Assembly: GCA_043228905.1 (NCBI GenBank)
Contig: JBHGNT010000005.1
Coordinates: forward strand, 20,336,001-20,400,000
Direction: 5' to 3'
Length of the DNA stretch: 64,000 bases
Source of the DNA: Azolla caroliniana
Lineage: Eukaryota > Plantae > Polypodiophyta
In this document: in pieces, positions 47,562 through 61,334 of the stretch
Layout of the letters: each line of letters begins with the position of its first letter
How positions within the stretch are numbered: position 1 is the stretch's first letter
Position numbers and translations under genes: made by a program
The notes under the pieces: generated by a model
What the model was told of the DNA's origin: nothing
Seen by the model: only the letters and a program-made list of their open reading frames with translations
Databases searched by the model: none

Positions 47562-47702
47562 TGTGTGTGTGTGAGAGAGAGAGTCTGCACAAAACAGGGG
47601 ATCCTTCTATCTCTCTCTCTGAGAGAGAGAGAGAGCGAGCAGAGGCTCTGTACGAAACAGGGGATTCTTCTGTGTGTGTGTGTGAGAGAGAGAGAGCGAG
47701 AG
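47250..47702. repeat. Compound (CA)/(GT)/(GA) microsatellite array just upstream of FLD
   Basis: Repeating gtgggt(gt)n(ga)n units read directly, and two copies of tctgYacRaaacaggggat. Confidence 0.93.
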
Positions 47703-47719
47703 ATAGCGTTCTTTTCTTC

Positions 47720-50700
47720 ATGGACTCGACAGTTCGTAGCCTCTTCGGAGAAGAAGAAGAAGAAGAAGAAGTAGTAGTAGTAGAAGAAGAAGAGTCCCCC
47801 GAAGAAGATGTGGGAGCTGATGGTGAAACTCCGATTCGGTCTGAAGCAGTAGTCACGACAACAGATCAGGTAAGTGACATTCTTGAGAAGAATACTTCTT
47901 CCGATTTCACCTCAGAGAAGAATAATGTCAAAACAGAGGATGTTAAGGCTTTGGAAGTCTCTAGAAGTAACTCGGATGATCCAAGAATTGCTTCAGAAGA
48001 GGAAGTAAAAGAAGAAGATGAAACTATTCTGGGTGGGGTGGAATCTAGAGAAGGTGAGAATGATCTTAACAGCTTTGTAAAGAAGAAAAGAAAACGAACC
48101 GAGATTGCGATAGATGAAAAGCTTGAAGGAGGAAGAGGAGGGGGGAACTTTACTGGAATTGGTAAGAGTGTGAGAGCTCTTCGGCAACAAGCAAGAGGCT
48201 TGAGCTATGATGAGAATCTTATAGATCCCGTCATTGAAAACCATCTTGGTGGCGCTTCTGATCTTACAAAAGGCAAGAAAAAGAAGCCTTTGGATCCTGA
48301 CAAAAACAAAGAGAAAGAAGCCTCCATTGCTGCTTCCATCGGGTTCCCCAAAGATTCCATAACCGAAGAAGAGATAGAATTTGGGGTCATGCAAACCATA
48401 GATGATGTTGAGCAAGACAATTATATAGAAGTAAGAAACCATATTCTTGCTCGATGGCGAGAGAGTGTTAATACATGGTTAGATGAAGCTCAGGTTATGG
48501 AAAACATCCGAATTCAACATAAGGTCCTGGTAGGGGTAGCCTATAAGTTCTTGTCCTCCTATGGCTATATCAATTTTGGGGTATCAAAAGCTATAAAAGC
48601 ATTGATACCAGAAGATGAAACTAAGTCCACAGTCATTATCATTGGGGCTGGGCTAGCTGGATTAGCAGCAGCCCGCCAGCTTTTGGCTTTTGGCCATCGG
48701 GTTGCAGTAGTAGAAGGACGAAGTCGGCCTGGAGGGCGTGTTTACACTAGGAAAATGGAAGGAGGGGGCCATATTGCTGCAGCTGACCTTGGAGGTAGTG
48801 TCATAACAGGGTTGCATGGTAACCCTTTAGGTGTACTTGCTAGGCAGATCTCGGCCCCTTTGCACAAGATCCGCGAGAAATGCCCCTTATATCAACCTGA
48901 TGGTTCACCCTTGGCTATAGATGTGGATGCAAAGGTTGAGGCTCAATTCAATAAGCTCTTAGATAGGTCTAGCCTATTAAGAGAGAAAATGGGGTTGATT
49001 GCTGAATCAATATCGTTAGGTGAAACTTTAGAAACATTGCGAGAAGATGCCAAGGTTGCTGAAGTTGTAGCTGAAAGGCAATTGTTTGATTGGCACCTTG
49101 CAAACCTTGAATATGCAAATGCAGGTCTTCTTTCCGAGCTTTCACTTGCATATTGGGACCAGGATGATCCATATGAGATGGGGGGTGATCATTGCTTTCT
49201 TGCTGGTGGGAATGTTCGGTTGGTTTCAGCGCTTGCAGATGGTATTCCTATTTTTTATGGTAAACAAGTACATACAATTCGCTATGGCTCTACCGGAGTT
49301 CAGGTAATAACATCTAATCAAGTTTTCGAAGGAGATATGGTCCTTTGTACTGTGCCTCTGGGAGTGTTGAAGCAAAAGATGATTAAATTTGAGCCAGAGC
49401 TCCCACAGAGAAAACTTGATGCAATACAGAGGCTCGGTTTTGGATTGTTAAATAAGGTGGCTATGCTTTTTCCTCGTGTTTTTTGGGGTTCTGATGTAGA
49501 CACATTCGGGCATCTTGCGGAAAGCTCAGATCGAAGGGGAGAATTCTTTCTTTTTTACAGTTATGCGGCAGTATCAGGTGGCCCCCTCTTGCTGGCTCTT
49601 GTTGCAGGGGAAGCAGCAATCAAGTTTGAACTTATGCATCCTACGGAAGCGATTCAGCGTGTCCTAACCATTCTAAGAGGTAAGGTTATTACCCATGCAT
49701 TTTCCTCAACCCATAAAATGCATCATTTGTTAGGGCAAAAGAATTATAGTTAAAGCCATTTTTTGGGTGTCATGTTCTTGTAAGCTATGAACTATGTGTT
49801 GACCATTCCAAGGGGTTACGGTTAAAGAACACTTTACACCAGTATTGCCTTTTTTCAATCTGGAGAAGGAAAATTTTAAGCCATTTTTGTTAGGACAAAT
49901 GTGTTATTTGTAATTTGGTTAGGAGAAAAGTGCTTCTAATCTGTGAGGAGTGCATGTTAAATCCATTGCTTTAGTCATGAACCCATGACGTAATGGGTAT
50001 AAAACATTAGTGTTATCACTGTAAACTTTGCAACTTCGATATTGACAATTTACTCATTTCTGTTATAATTACCAGGCATATATGAACCTCAAGGAATTTC
50101 TGTTCCAGATCCTATCCAGACAGTATGTACAAGATGGGGAGGAGACCCTCTCAGTTTTGGATCATATTCCCATGTTGCGGTTGGGGCCTCAGGTGATGAC
50201 TATGATGTCTTAGCAGAGAGTGTGGGTGATGGTAGGCTTTTCTTTGCTGGAGAAGCTACCATCCGTAGGTACCCGGCAACAATGCATGGTGCATTTCTCA
50301 GTGGTTTGAGGGAGGCGCGTAACATAACCATCCAAGCTTCACAGCGGTCTGTTGCTGAAGTTGAACGATCAATGCCAAAGGATACACAAAGTTACGGCAT
50401 GATTTTGGCAGGCTTGTTTCGTGAACCTGATTTAGAAGCCGGAAGCTTCTCAGTGCTTTTTGACCCTCGAACTAGTGAGCTCAATTCATATGTATTATTG
50501 CGGGTAGCGATTGGTATGGGTGCAAGTAAGAAAGTTAATGACATTGATCACCCTTCTTTACCGCAACGACTTTTGTCTCAACAACAATTGCATGTGCACC
50601 AACAACAGCATCTCCATCTTTACACGATGATATCTCGGCAACAAGCATTGGATCTAATGGAGGTTAAGGGAGGGGACACAATGCGCTTAATCTTCTTGTG

Positions 50701-50872
50701 TGATAATCTTGGAGTAAAATTAGTGGGTCGAAGAGGTATTGGAGCTTTAGGGGACTCTCTCGTGTCAGCTATCAAATGGGGTCAAGCTGCAAAAAAACAT
50801 TTGAATGGAGTCTTGAATGTTAAACTGCCAAAGCAGCTGGCATCAATGGATGAAAACCTGGAAGTCACATAG
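47720..50872 (+). CDS. FLD: Lysine-specific histone demethylase 1 homolog (SWIRM + FAD amine oxidase), FLD-type, about 918 aa
   Basis: Exon 1 at 47720-49679, GT-AG intron at 49680-50075, exon 2 at 50076-50872 (2757 nt, in frame). [18 protein letters not shown]...[37 protein letters not shown] and [19 protein letters not shown]|IYEPQG and RQQALDL...GGD...LGVKLVGR are FLD-like. FLD versus LDL1/2 orthology was not tested. Confidence 0.93.
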
Positions 50873-52348
50873 CATTAGAAGAAGGCACAATCTCTATGTT
50901 TCAAAATGGCATGTGAGGAATGAGAAGAGCATGATTCAATCTTATGCAAAAAAAGGCGAGTTCTTTTCGTCGTCTCTTCTTGATGTGCTCAGGGATTTCA
51001 TGATGCAACTCTATTTTCTGATGGTGGTTTGGTGTTTCTCTTGTATATGCAGATTCGTAAATGAACCTTAGGAGGAACCAATGAAGCAGAGGATTTCCTA
51101 GTATTTCTCCTTCAGGTGGGTTGCCTTGGCAAATTGAATGTTTGTGTATATACATGTACTGCATTGAAAAATGCATGGCTGACTGGTGCTCTTGAGGAAC
51201 CAATAACATGTTTGCAGTTGTGGGCACCCATCATGTAACAAATTAACAATTTCAAAACTAATCATGATATTTGCAATTTGAAATTTTGTTGTTTTGTTGA
51301 TCAGGATAAAACATTATGAAAAGAAAGCACCCCTTGTACATTGAATTCTGACAAACTTTTTGTGACCTTAAACCCATGAGTAATCTTTTCTCAAATTATG
51401 CCGTTTTAAAGAGTGATGACGTTATTTTGGTGAAAGGGAGGCTCCCCTCCCCAAGCAATAGAACCAATATGAAGATCGTCAATACACATTATGGATAATT
51501 TATGAGTTGGAACCTTCGTTGATGCCCCCTGATCCATATATCCATTTATGAGGATTTCATTATCGATCGGCCATCTCTCAAGGATTTCATTTGTTACTTG
51601 TGATTTTAGATTGCTTCAATAGGATTATACATTTGATTGTTGTGCCCAACTCTGCTCAACATATTTATTGGTGGAGACTCAAAGACATTGCTAGACATCA
51701 TAGTTCCAGGATTTTGTCAAAGCCCTTTCATATAGTCTAGGCCATATCAGACATATGTTTTACCAGTGTACATGTTTCAATGGTTATAATATAATGATGA
51801 TAATAACGACTTTGTGTACTATTGAAGACATGCCATGCCCTAAACAAACTATTTGAAAATTCCACTTCTCTACTATTGAGTGCATGTCTCCAAGTGGGTG
51901 GAACAATGGACTGCTTTGATGCAGAATTTTGTAGTGATTTTTCACATTGGTCATTTTTTTGTTTTTGTGCAGATAGCCTCCTAAGCATATGGGTTGAATG
52001 ACATGATTTATAGGTTTTTGTGATGGAAGAGAGTATATGGATGTAGATAATTTCCAACTTCATTTGCAAAATCCTAGAATAAAGTCGTGACATATGAATT
52101 TGGTGTTAATAAATATTGCTTACCTCAAGATATTGTCCAAAGAGATGTTTTGCACAATGAACAACAATATAGTACTAGTAAATGCAATCAATGTTGCACA
52201 TGAAGTAAATAAATCATGTAAGATTTATGCCAATTATATATGACGAGACTTTATTTCTCTCTTGTTTGGAGTATTTGATGCCTTTGTTCTGTGTATTATG
52301 GTGTCAATTTAAAGGTCTTCAATATGTCACACGAGTCATGGCAATAAC

Positions 52349-53353
52349 TAAGATTCGGCAATGGTCTAGTTTCGGCTTAATTGGTTTGGTCTTGTCCAAA
52401 CCAAACTGGTTTGGCCTTAAAAGGTGTCGCGATATTTTCCCGCTTGTGAGTCAGTTGGCTTGAACCACCAAGGTCTCGGACAAGGGAGGTTGGAAGCGGG
52501 TGAGCTACTTTTACGTCGAAACCGGTTGCTTTGGCTTGATGGCTAGTACGAAATCGGTTGCTCGATGGTTGGCTGGTCTTTGCTCGGTTGATCGACTATG
52601 CAAGCTGATCGGTGGTGATCGTCTGTCGATCGCGAACAACAACATGTTGTTTGTCGGCCTAGGCCAACAACTACCCTTCCTTGGGGCTTGCTTGTTGAAC
52701 TATAAAAGTTCTACAAGCTCGGGGTTTGGTCGAACCTTTCATTGTTAGACGAGTTGGCGGCTCCCTGAACTTGGAAGGTTCAACCTCGATTCAACTTGCC
52801 GACCTCTACGAGCGCGTGGCAAGTTTTGGTTGGCGGACAACAACGGTGAGCTTGGCGAGTTTGTCCCCTTGTTGGCGTAGATCAAAGCGGCCCAACGGGC
52901 ACAGGGAACAACGTTCCTCTCGTGGCGCCTACAGTCTCCAAGCGATCGTGAAAGCACCGGATGCAACAACAACATAGATTTTACCACAAAAAAGGGAGAC
53001 CAACTTCACTCAATTTTTGAAGGGGAACAAAATGTTAATCACAATTGCAGCATAGAGCTAGCTACAACAAAGGAGAACCCAACGATCCTTATGCGCGACG
53101 CTCGGCCACAACCGAGCGTAGAATGATACACAAAAAACGGGAAATAAAACACGACACAAAGGAGAGGAAGATACACACACACTACACAGGAGGTTTACGT
53201 GGAAAACCCCAAATTAGGGGAAAAACCACGGCAGTCCACAGGCTGCAAACTGTCACTATGTAAGAATGTACAAAACAGTGAGTCCACAGAGGCAACGACC
53301 TCGTGCTCACGATCTTCGCCACAGGCGGCGGTTACAACAGAGGCAACGACCTC

Positions 53354-53387
<34 letters not shown>

Positions 53388-54748
53388 CAGTTACGCACTC
53401 TGATTTCGTGTAAAACAGAAAAATGACAACAACAACTAAAAGTTTGCCCTAAGTCATATTTATACTAATATGACTTTTCGGCTATTTACAAATATAGCCT
53501 CGATGGGCTCTTAGAAACATATTTACGAATATGTCTCTTCCTCCGGTTCTGCACCATCCGGCTCTCCGTAGCCGGGTACTCCTCATCCGGTTCACACCGG
53601 GCCTGTATCATCCGGCTCTCCGTAGCCGGGTACTCCTCATCCGGTTCACACCGGGCCTGTATCATCCGGCTCTCCGTAGTCGGGTACTACTCATCCGGTT
53701 CACACCGGGCCTGTATCATCCGGCTCTCCGTAGCCGTGTACTCCTCATACCGTTTCGGCCTCGGCCGAGTTTGTTCGTCAGCACTGTTCTTCTCCCTTCC
53801 CATCCGGAGAGACCTGTCTCCCAACACAAAGCGAGTGACAACAGGTAAGAGGGGCGAAGTACTCAACGACAATGGTGACTCCAACACACTCCCCTTTAAA
53901 TGCACCTTATTTGGCAAATCTTGCATTCCTCCACGCGAAAGGCAAGCTCTCGAGCTGACTGTGGCGAACGCGGGCGGAAGCTATCCGTGGATAAGCCTCC
54001 GGTCGGCGAGCACTCGGGTTCGCAAAAGCGAACGGAGGCCTCACACGGTCTTGACTCCGCTACCTCGAGAGGAAGGGAAGGGGCATGGGAGCTTGAAGAG
54101 AGAGAGAGATCCAAGTACCCAAAGCAAAACTTAAGAAGAAAGAGCCCTTTTTACGAGCACCCCCTCTCCCTTTTTATAGAAAAAGGGACGGAAGATGCCA
54201 CTTACAATAAATGAGGCAAATATTCCTCTCCTTTGCTAAAATTCAAGGCCTTGATTGATTTGTCAACATTGAGCCATGTCCTACATCAACTCCCTACACA
54301 CATTTTTAACTCCATCTCTCTCTTACCTTTCAATGTACTTTCCTCTATCTGTACATGTGCACTTCACACCCCTTTCATGTGTACACATAGCACATAACCG
54401 TTTGCCCCTTTTTCCCCGATTTTCTCATCGTTTCTGAAAATCTTCACAACAACGGTTTGGGAGTTTCCAAACCTAAACTGAACTAGTTCCAAAACTGGTT
54501 AACGCTAACCAGTTTGACCAAATTGGTTAAGCCTAAACATGTTAGGAACCATTTTAGCCAAGCTGATAAAGCCTTAACAAGTTTTGAAACTGGTTTGGCC
54601 CAAATTTGTTCAGTTCGGCTTGAGCCAACCCAAACTAATTAAGAAAGCTCAAGCCTAAATTGAACCAAACCAAATTTCCAAACTAACAAACCATTTAAAA
54701 ACGGTTTAACAGTCCAGTTCAGGCTTGAGCCGAGCTTGCCAATTCCTA
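52349..54748. mobile_element. Old non-autonomous hAT-like element, interrupted by a solo LTR
   Basis: Imperfect TIR TAAGATTCGGCAA / TAGGAATTGGCAA (10 of 13 match). 8-bp TSD gcaataac / gtagtaac (6 of 8 match). Dense AAACC/GGTTT subterminal motifs at both ends. Confidence 0.55.
53033..53826 (-). mobile_element. Copia-type solo LTR containing a 54-bp tandem repeat (about 3.7 copies, 53552-53750)
   Basis: TGTT...AACA ends with TSD caaaa/caaag. Shares the motif tttacgtggaaa...gggaaaaaccacgg with the Copia B LTR at 1970-2003. Repeat unit catccggctctccgtagccgggtactcctcatccggttcacaccgggcctgtat. Confidence 0.8.
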
Positions 54749-54884
54749 GTAGTAACATATGCAGTAACAAACTAGAATTTTGTAACTAACATACTAAACT
54801 AACAAGGATATGTTGTTAACCTAAAGTAAATGTCTTTGAGTAGAAATGCGTACAACTAAACCTTATTTTACTATCCTTACACAG

Positions 54885-55711
54885 GGCAAGGAAGCAAACT
54901 CATCCCTTTATTTCAATTCACAACTAGATTGGGTCGCCATATTCTAGCTCCTCAAACTGCCCGAGAGCCGACTGTTGCAAAGGTCTGGCACACATATCAT
55001 GTTCCTCACACAATTACCACCAAGTTTTGGAAAAAATTCTGGAAACAACAACACACACGGCGAATCACCACTTTCTAATGGCTATTAATACATAGGTCAC
55101 TATCGGTTGGTGCATGACAGTGTGGGAACCTTAGCTCTCCTAATTGTGTAGCGTGCCCAAATGCAATAGAATCAATCCGACACGCTTTGTGGGACTGCCC
55201 AGAGTCCCATCGAATATGGCAGGGGGTTGGCCGCTTATTGCAATTATGCCAAGTGCAAGGCTTAATCAAGTGGGGAAATATATGTTGGCTATCATGTCAG
55301 GCCCCAATTGTCAGATATGAGCATCAAGAGGAGGGGATGACTTTGGTGATAAAAACACAAGAGGTTTTTTTCTCCACCATTGACAATGTCCATGCAACTC
55401 CTATCAATGCCAAATCTCAAGTTGTGTTGGAATTGGTCAGCCCAAGAACTCTTTGGACTCTACGGAAACAACGATGTAGACGAGTCTTCTCAAACCAAAC
55501 CGCACAACCAATAGTGTTAATGCAAGAGATATGGAGTGAAGTTGTAGCTTCTCTAAAAAGCCAATATGATGGCCTCAAGGGCGACTTCGATGGAGTTGAA
55601 AGACAACGACTAGCCTTCATCCAGCAATGGTCGACCTCCCCCTTTATTGAGTCGGTGGGCATCCACATAAGATGGACCTATCGCGTCCCTACAAGGATTT
55701 GTATATATTAA
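54885..55711 (+). mobile_element. 5'-truncated L1-type LINE ORF2 end (zf-RVT)
   Basis: FWKKFWK...ITTF*WLLIHRSL...CVACPNAIESIRHALWDCPESHRIW (CCHC zf-RVT), followed by LWTLRKQRCRRVF. Confidence 0.8.
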
Positions 55712-56875
55712 TCGCATATGTAAAATTTTATAACTAATGGAAGGAGTTTTTTTGGGGGGGGGGGAAACTTATTTTACTTTTTCTAAAATTTTGGACATTT
55801 CTTATTAGAAGGGTGCTACAAAAATTATGAGTTATCCCCATTAAAGAGCTTATGCACATAACCTCCATATTGTTGATTGATTATACATAATTTAATGGTC
55901 TAATCTTTGAAATTATGCAATTCTTTATGGATGAAACACATAGCTTGAGGTAGAAGATATTTCCTTGTCTTCTTCGAACCACAACTTGATACATAAAGAG
56001 ATCAATCCATTCATTGTGGTTCTTGATAAGCTTGATCATTGTCATTCAACCCCCGTGTGGTATATTTTCTATGTCAAGGCATCTTTCTACCACATGAGAT
56101 CTGTATTGAAGTCTTCAGGATTAGCACAATTGTACTTCGTTAAAAACTCAAATAGTTTCAAAATACTTTGATGATTACCAAAGGGTTTGGTGAGATACCG
56201 TTTTCATCTCCAAATAATCAAGTGCAACATGGATGCTTGCACATTACCAAAAATCAAGAATAAGTTGACTTTTTTTCCATATAAATTGCTACCCCTTTAG
56301 TTAGGAAGAAATACAAGAGGTGTCATATGTACAAGAGGTAGGCCTCATATACAGCTATGTGACTTCAATTAATTCTAAAATTGTGAAACCTAAAGTGATC
56401 CTTCGATAGTCCAGGGACGGTGCAACAAATTTCTACCTTACTTGATGATCTTCTATAAAGAAATTTAGGCATCAATTAAGGTTAGAATCTTCATGAAAAT
56501 TGTTCTTTAACCTATGGAAACATATGATGATCAAGTGTAAGACTTTACTATGTCCAAAGCAATCAAATGTTTATTTTGGAAAAGTTAAGATATTCAACCT
56601 TGCTATGTGGTGCTTATTGAATGTATGAAGAATGAGAAAGTGACTAAAACTTTAGAGTATGTTTTGAAGGTTTAGCCAAGTATGTCTAGTACGATCCCTC
56701 AAGCTAATCATTCTTGGATTCGAGTGCTTATTTATGTCATCAATTGTCGAAGATACATACATTAATGTTTCTCTCATTGATCAGGCTAATTTAGTTATAG
56801 TGTGTAAATCAATTACTTAATCATATTTATAGCCGTAAGCAATCAAAAGACAAATTTATGAATGTGTAACCAAAA

Positions 56876-57088
56876 GAATGCAAGATTTTCTCTCATGTAT
56901 TGGGCCTAAATTTGCTATAGTTTAATTGGATATGAATTCACATTTGTTGTCTCAAGTAGTCATATATGTGGCATTCATCAACTGTGCACATATATGACTA
57001 CTTGAGAGTCGAGACAACACATGTGAATTCATATCCAATTAAACTATAGCAAATTTAGGCCCAATACATGAGAGAAAATCTTGCATTC
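56876..57088. repeat. Near-perfect inverted repeat (hairpin) with arms of about 95 bp and a loop of about 16 nt
   Basis: gaatgcaagattttctctcatgtattggg... pairs with ...cccaatacatgagagaaaatcttgcattc. One mismatch and a 7-nt bulge seen. Confidence 0.93.
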
Positions 57089-60000
57089 ATATATGAAGAA
57101 TTGGTCAAGCATCAAGAGGCAATTTTTGAATGCGCATTGGAAGGAGTGAGTAACCAAGAGTGTTGTTTGATTTGTAAGTGTTATGCCCTTGCTATCATAT
57201 CATTTACAAGAGTGTGCAAATCTATCTTACATGCATCGCTATGAAATTCCCTTTTGCTAATGTAGCAAAACAAATTGAGAAAGTAATGGATATACGTTTA
57301 GCACCCCACCTCTATGACCTTTGGAATGCTACTTGAGAAAGGTGCATATAAACCATGAAAACCCAAATTATTTTAGGAGACGACGCAACGTTTTCAATTG
57401 TGGGTTACGTAAAATATATATCATGTTTCCTTTGGCTCAATGCAACATGCATCAAAAAGTAGTGAAAGATGTACTAATGTTTTGAAGCAAGCCATTGTGT
57501 GTGAGACAATCAAGAAAAAGAAGATCATGAAGATGGAGAGGTGTTTGGCAAGCAAAGATAAAAAGAGGAAGAGGAAGGTGACTTCTGTTGGAAATTTGTC
57601 GAGAATCATGAAATCATGAGAGAACAATGAAATGAAAGCAAGATCAATTTTATTTGTACTAGCATATGCGACAACAATCCACGAAAAGTGAAATCCACAA
57701 TAATTTGTAGAAAGGAGAATATTTATTATGTTGTGTGAAATGGGTCAAAATCTCATTGAGAAAGCTATAAAATGTCATTATGCAAATACATCAAAACATT
57801 TCACTTTCATGTTTGTGCTTGCCATATTCTATATTGCGAGGGACTGAGTATGCATTTGGACTTCGAGAGGCATTTGTAAACCGTGAAAGTTAAGAAAAAG
57901 ACAAATTCATTTTATGAAAATAATCATACGAAGTATATAAGTGTTGTTGATCCTCTCTCTATGGGGTACATTATTATACATATATGTCTACATATAACAT
58001 CTTTGAGTGTTCAAATGCCCATGCATTTCTTTTTACAAACAACCAATTAAAGATCTAATCAAAAGTTTTGTTGTATGCAGATTGCATTGGTTTTTAAAAG
58101 TTGGTTCGTCATTACATTTGAAATTATAAAGCCATTATGCCATACTGTGTTTTGCATGAAATTTGTTGTTTTACTAACATCGAATGAGAGATGGTGAAGT
58201 AGGAAAATCGTGCATATTAAGAGGTTGGCATAATGGGAAGTCAAGTCACAAATGAACCAAACGAGAAAGAAAAAGGGGAATCTTGTACACCACATTTGTA
58301 AAGCATCATCAAGCAGTCATGAATCAACACAAAGGAGCAAGTGGAGAAAGAAAAGACTAGTTCTACTTGTACACACTATTGCTAATGAGGTCACGCGACT
58401 ATGTCTAGAGTTGAACCATTCATACATTGAAGAAAATGTGCCAAATTCGATCAAGAAAGATATGAATTCTTTTCTCTTGGACCAGAAATGTATTTTTGTC
58501 CTTCATATTTTACAAGTGATTGGGGAAGCATTTTAACGTTACATCAATAGAATTTGGAATGCAAGTTTTGAAAATGTGTTTGTAAAGCTAAAGAATTACT
58601 ACAATTATGAAGATTGCATTATAAGCACAACATATTGATAGATTGTGCATCATTAGAATACATTACTTACAAAAATTGTTACACAAACAAAGCTTGTCGA
58701 TCTTGTTGGAACCCATGATGATTCCACTTGGCTCTCAAACTCCCTCATATCCTCTACAACCTTCAATGTGAAGAATGATATTTGTACACATTAATTTGAT
58801 GACAACTATAATGGGGTTCTAGAAATAGACTTTAAGCAGTTGTAGTTTGACATGCGTAATGTGTGTCCTATAATTTGTTTAGTTGTTGCAAGACAAACAA
58901 TGATATGTTCAAATATAAACATTGACTCATAGGCTACTTACTTGAAGAAGATATGAACATGAGCTAGTCCTTGGAAGGTGTGAATTCATTGTGTCTAAAT
59001 TTGTTTGAAATAAAAATTGCATGATTGTTAGAGTAAGTTTGGAATTTCAATGAATGGGGCCGAACTCAATAGTTTTATGAATTTGTGGTTTCTTGGAAAA
59101 AAAACCTAGAAAATAAAATTCACAATTAAGATGCAAAAGAACCTTACAAGGATATGAATCAATATTTAAATAAAGTACAAATAAATAGGTCACAATTCTT
59201 GTAACTTCTTTTAGAATATGGTGGTTTGTTCATACACCCACAAAATGATTCATGGGAGGAACTTCCTCAAACATAGTTATATTGGACAACCCTTGGCATT
59301 TTATTCATTGCCAAAATAATATATTGTTCTCACATACAAATAGACAAAAAGAGTATTCCAATTAAAATCATACACTATGAGATATGGAAGAGAATGGGCA
59401 AGAAAAGCAAGTTCACACAATTTACCATATATAGTTAGACAACATCATAAGTGATATAAGTTTCTTTCAAAAAGAAACGATTGCAAACTTCCGTTATGAA
59501 TATAAATTCCATATTCAAATAGATGACCGTATACATACATCAAATGATACGTAAAAGTCCATGTCCATATTGATAACAATATATATGCATTGTCAAAAGA
59601 ACATATGCACATACTTTCACAAGGATCTCTATATTTGAAACACTTGGTATTTCCATCAGCTTGGTGTATTTTGATTCTTGTACCCTTTGTTAGACGCACA
59701 TTTCTCTTCAAGTTTATAACTTTACTCGGGATTGCGTACATTTCTTTTTATTGTACATGCTATGGCTATGATCTTCTCAACTTTATATCATAACTGAAAT
59801 GAACATATTGTTGTTTTAAAAATGGTTACAAATAGAACATGAAAATAACGTGCTACTCCATAAACATGCTAAAATTGATGCAAAAGAGATGGAAACGTGA
59901 AGAATTAATAAATGCAAGAGTTTTAAATCTATTTCAGCCCCACAATGTTTTTAGGCAAAGGAGAAAACCTTTGAAAGCAACATTGAAGCTAAGATTAATT

Positions 60001-60965
60001 CAAGCTTCACGTTGATATATGATCAAGATGATGTTTGATGTGTAACTAATGGTGCAGAGGAGATGATTTTGTGAGTATCACCCATTATTTGGACACAAAA
60101 CCAATTATTGGGTTGATAAGTAAGTGGTAAAACATTTGTGAGTGGTACACATCCGTAGTTGAACATGGAGAGTATTGCTTTTGGACTTTATTGACATACC
60201 AACCAACACATTGAATAATAGTCATAGGCTTTACACATAAAGGATCCATTCCTTCAATGTAGAAGGATAATGAGAAGCACAATATCCTAACTACATAATC
60301 AACCTTATATGTGTAAACATATATACATAGCTTCATTATTATGGGCTAACTAAGGTAAACGCGGGCAAATACCTTCGTAGAAATGATGTTATCCATATTC
60401 TCATAATAACCAGCCACAAAAAAAATCCAACATAAAATGAAAATATAATAACATAGCAAGATATGGTATAGGGATTAGCCAAGATCGATGCCCCAACTAG
60501 GGGCCTCCTAAGGCATGTGTAGTCAATGTTGTCATGGGACATGGGGAGGTCATCACATCAATTATACTGAATGTATTGGATTGTTATCATGCTAGACCAT
60601 TGAATCTAGTGAAAATCTATCATAATGGTAGCATTCACCATTCATCTCAAATTGTGAGGAGTGCCACAACAATCACTCATAGATGTAGGAAATTCACACA
60701 CATGACTACATTCATACCTATAGGTATAGTACTTGATGTATGAGGATGACACACATCCGCTACCATCATGGGTAGCAAGGGTTGTGTTGGATTAGCCATT
60801 GGAATACACATCATATCAAACACTTCAATGGGCACAAGTTAGAAGTTGTCAAACCACAAACAAAACGGAATTTAGTGTCACGTGAACACATCAAACTCCA
60901 TCGGCCCATTGTAGGAGGATGCAGACACTAGGAAAGAAAAGAAAGGACAACACGAGAACACAACC

Positions 60966-61232
60966 TCAAAACGGAAAGAATGATACAACGAGACATGCAT
61001 AAAGAATGATAGTAGCAGATGCATGTGTGGATGGAGGGGAGTAGCAGAGGCGCAACACGACGAGATTGCGAGGACCCGAGATCTCGGCTTCTAGTAATCA
61101 AAACGGAAAGAATGATACAGCGAGACAGGCATAAAGAATGATAGTAGCAGATGCATGTGTGGATGGAGGGGAGTAGCAGAGGCGCAACATGACGAGATTG
61201 CGAGGACCCGAGATCTTGACTTCTAGTAATCA
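60966..61232. repeat. Two-copy 132-bp tandem duplication upstream of ADK
   Basis: tcaaaacggaaagaatgatac...cttctagtaatca starts at 60966 and again at 61098. Confidence 0.92.
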
Positions 61233-61334
61233 CTTGTTCGATAGTGCCCAAGGAGTAGGAACGACTATTTCAACATTCCCAGGAGGGCGTTCACGCGCAA
61301 GCCCAAAGTTAGAGCGAATGCACATATAGATAGA

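Noticed and set aside
47561-47719. GTG start of the 730-aa ORF as the true FLD start
   Set aside because: It lies in a microsatellite. The first ATG at 47720 is more plausible for a eukaryotic gene.
53531-53848. ORF with an 18-aa tandem repeat (HPALRSRVLLIRFTPGLY)
   Set aside because: It is a by-product of a 54-bp tandem repeat inside a solo LTR.
57090-60900. Coding-like decayed sequence, possibly an old DNA-transposon transposase
   Set aside because: No diagnostic motif or termini could be recognised. It needs a TBLASTN or HMM search.
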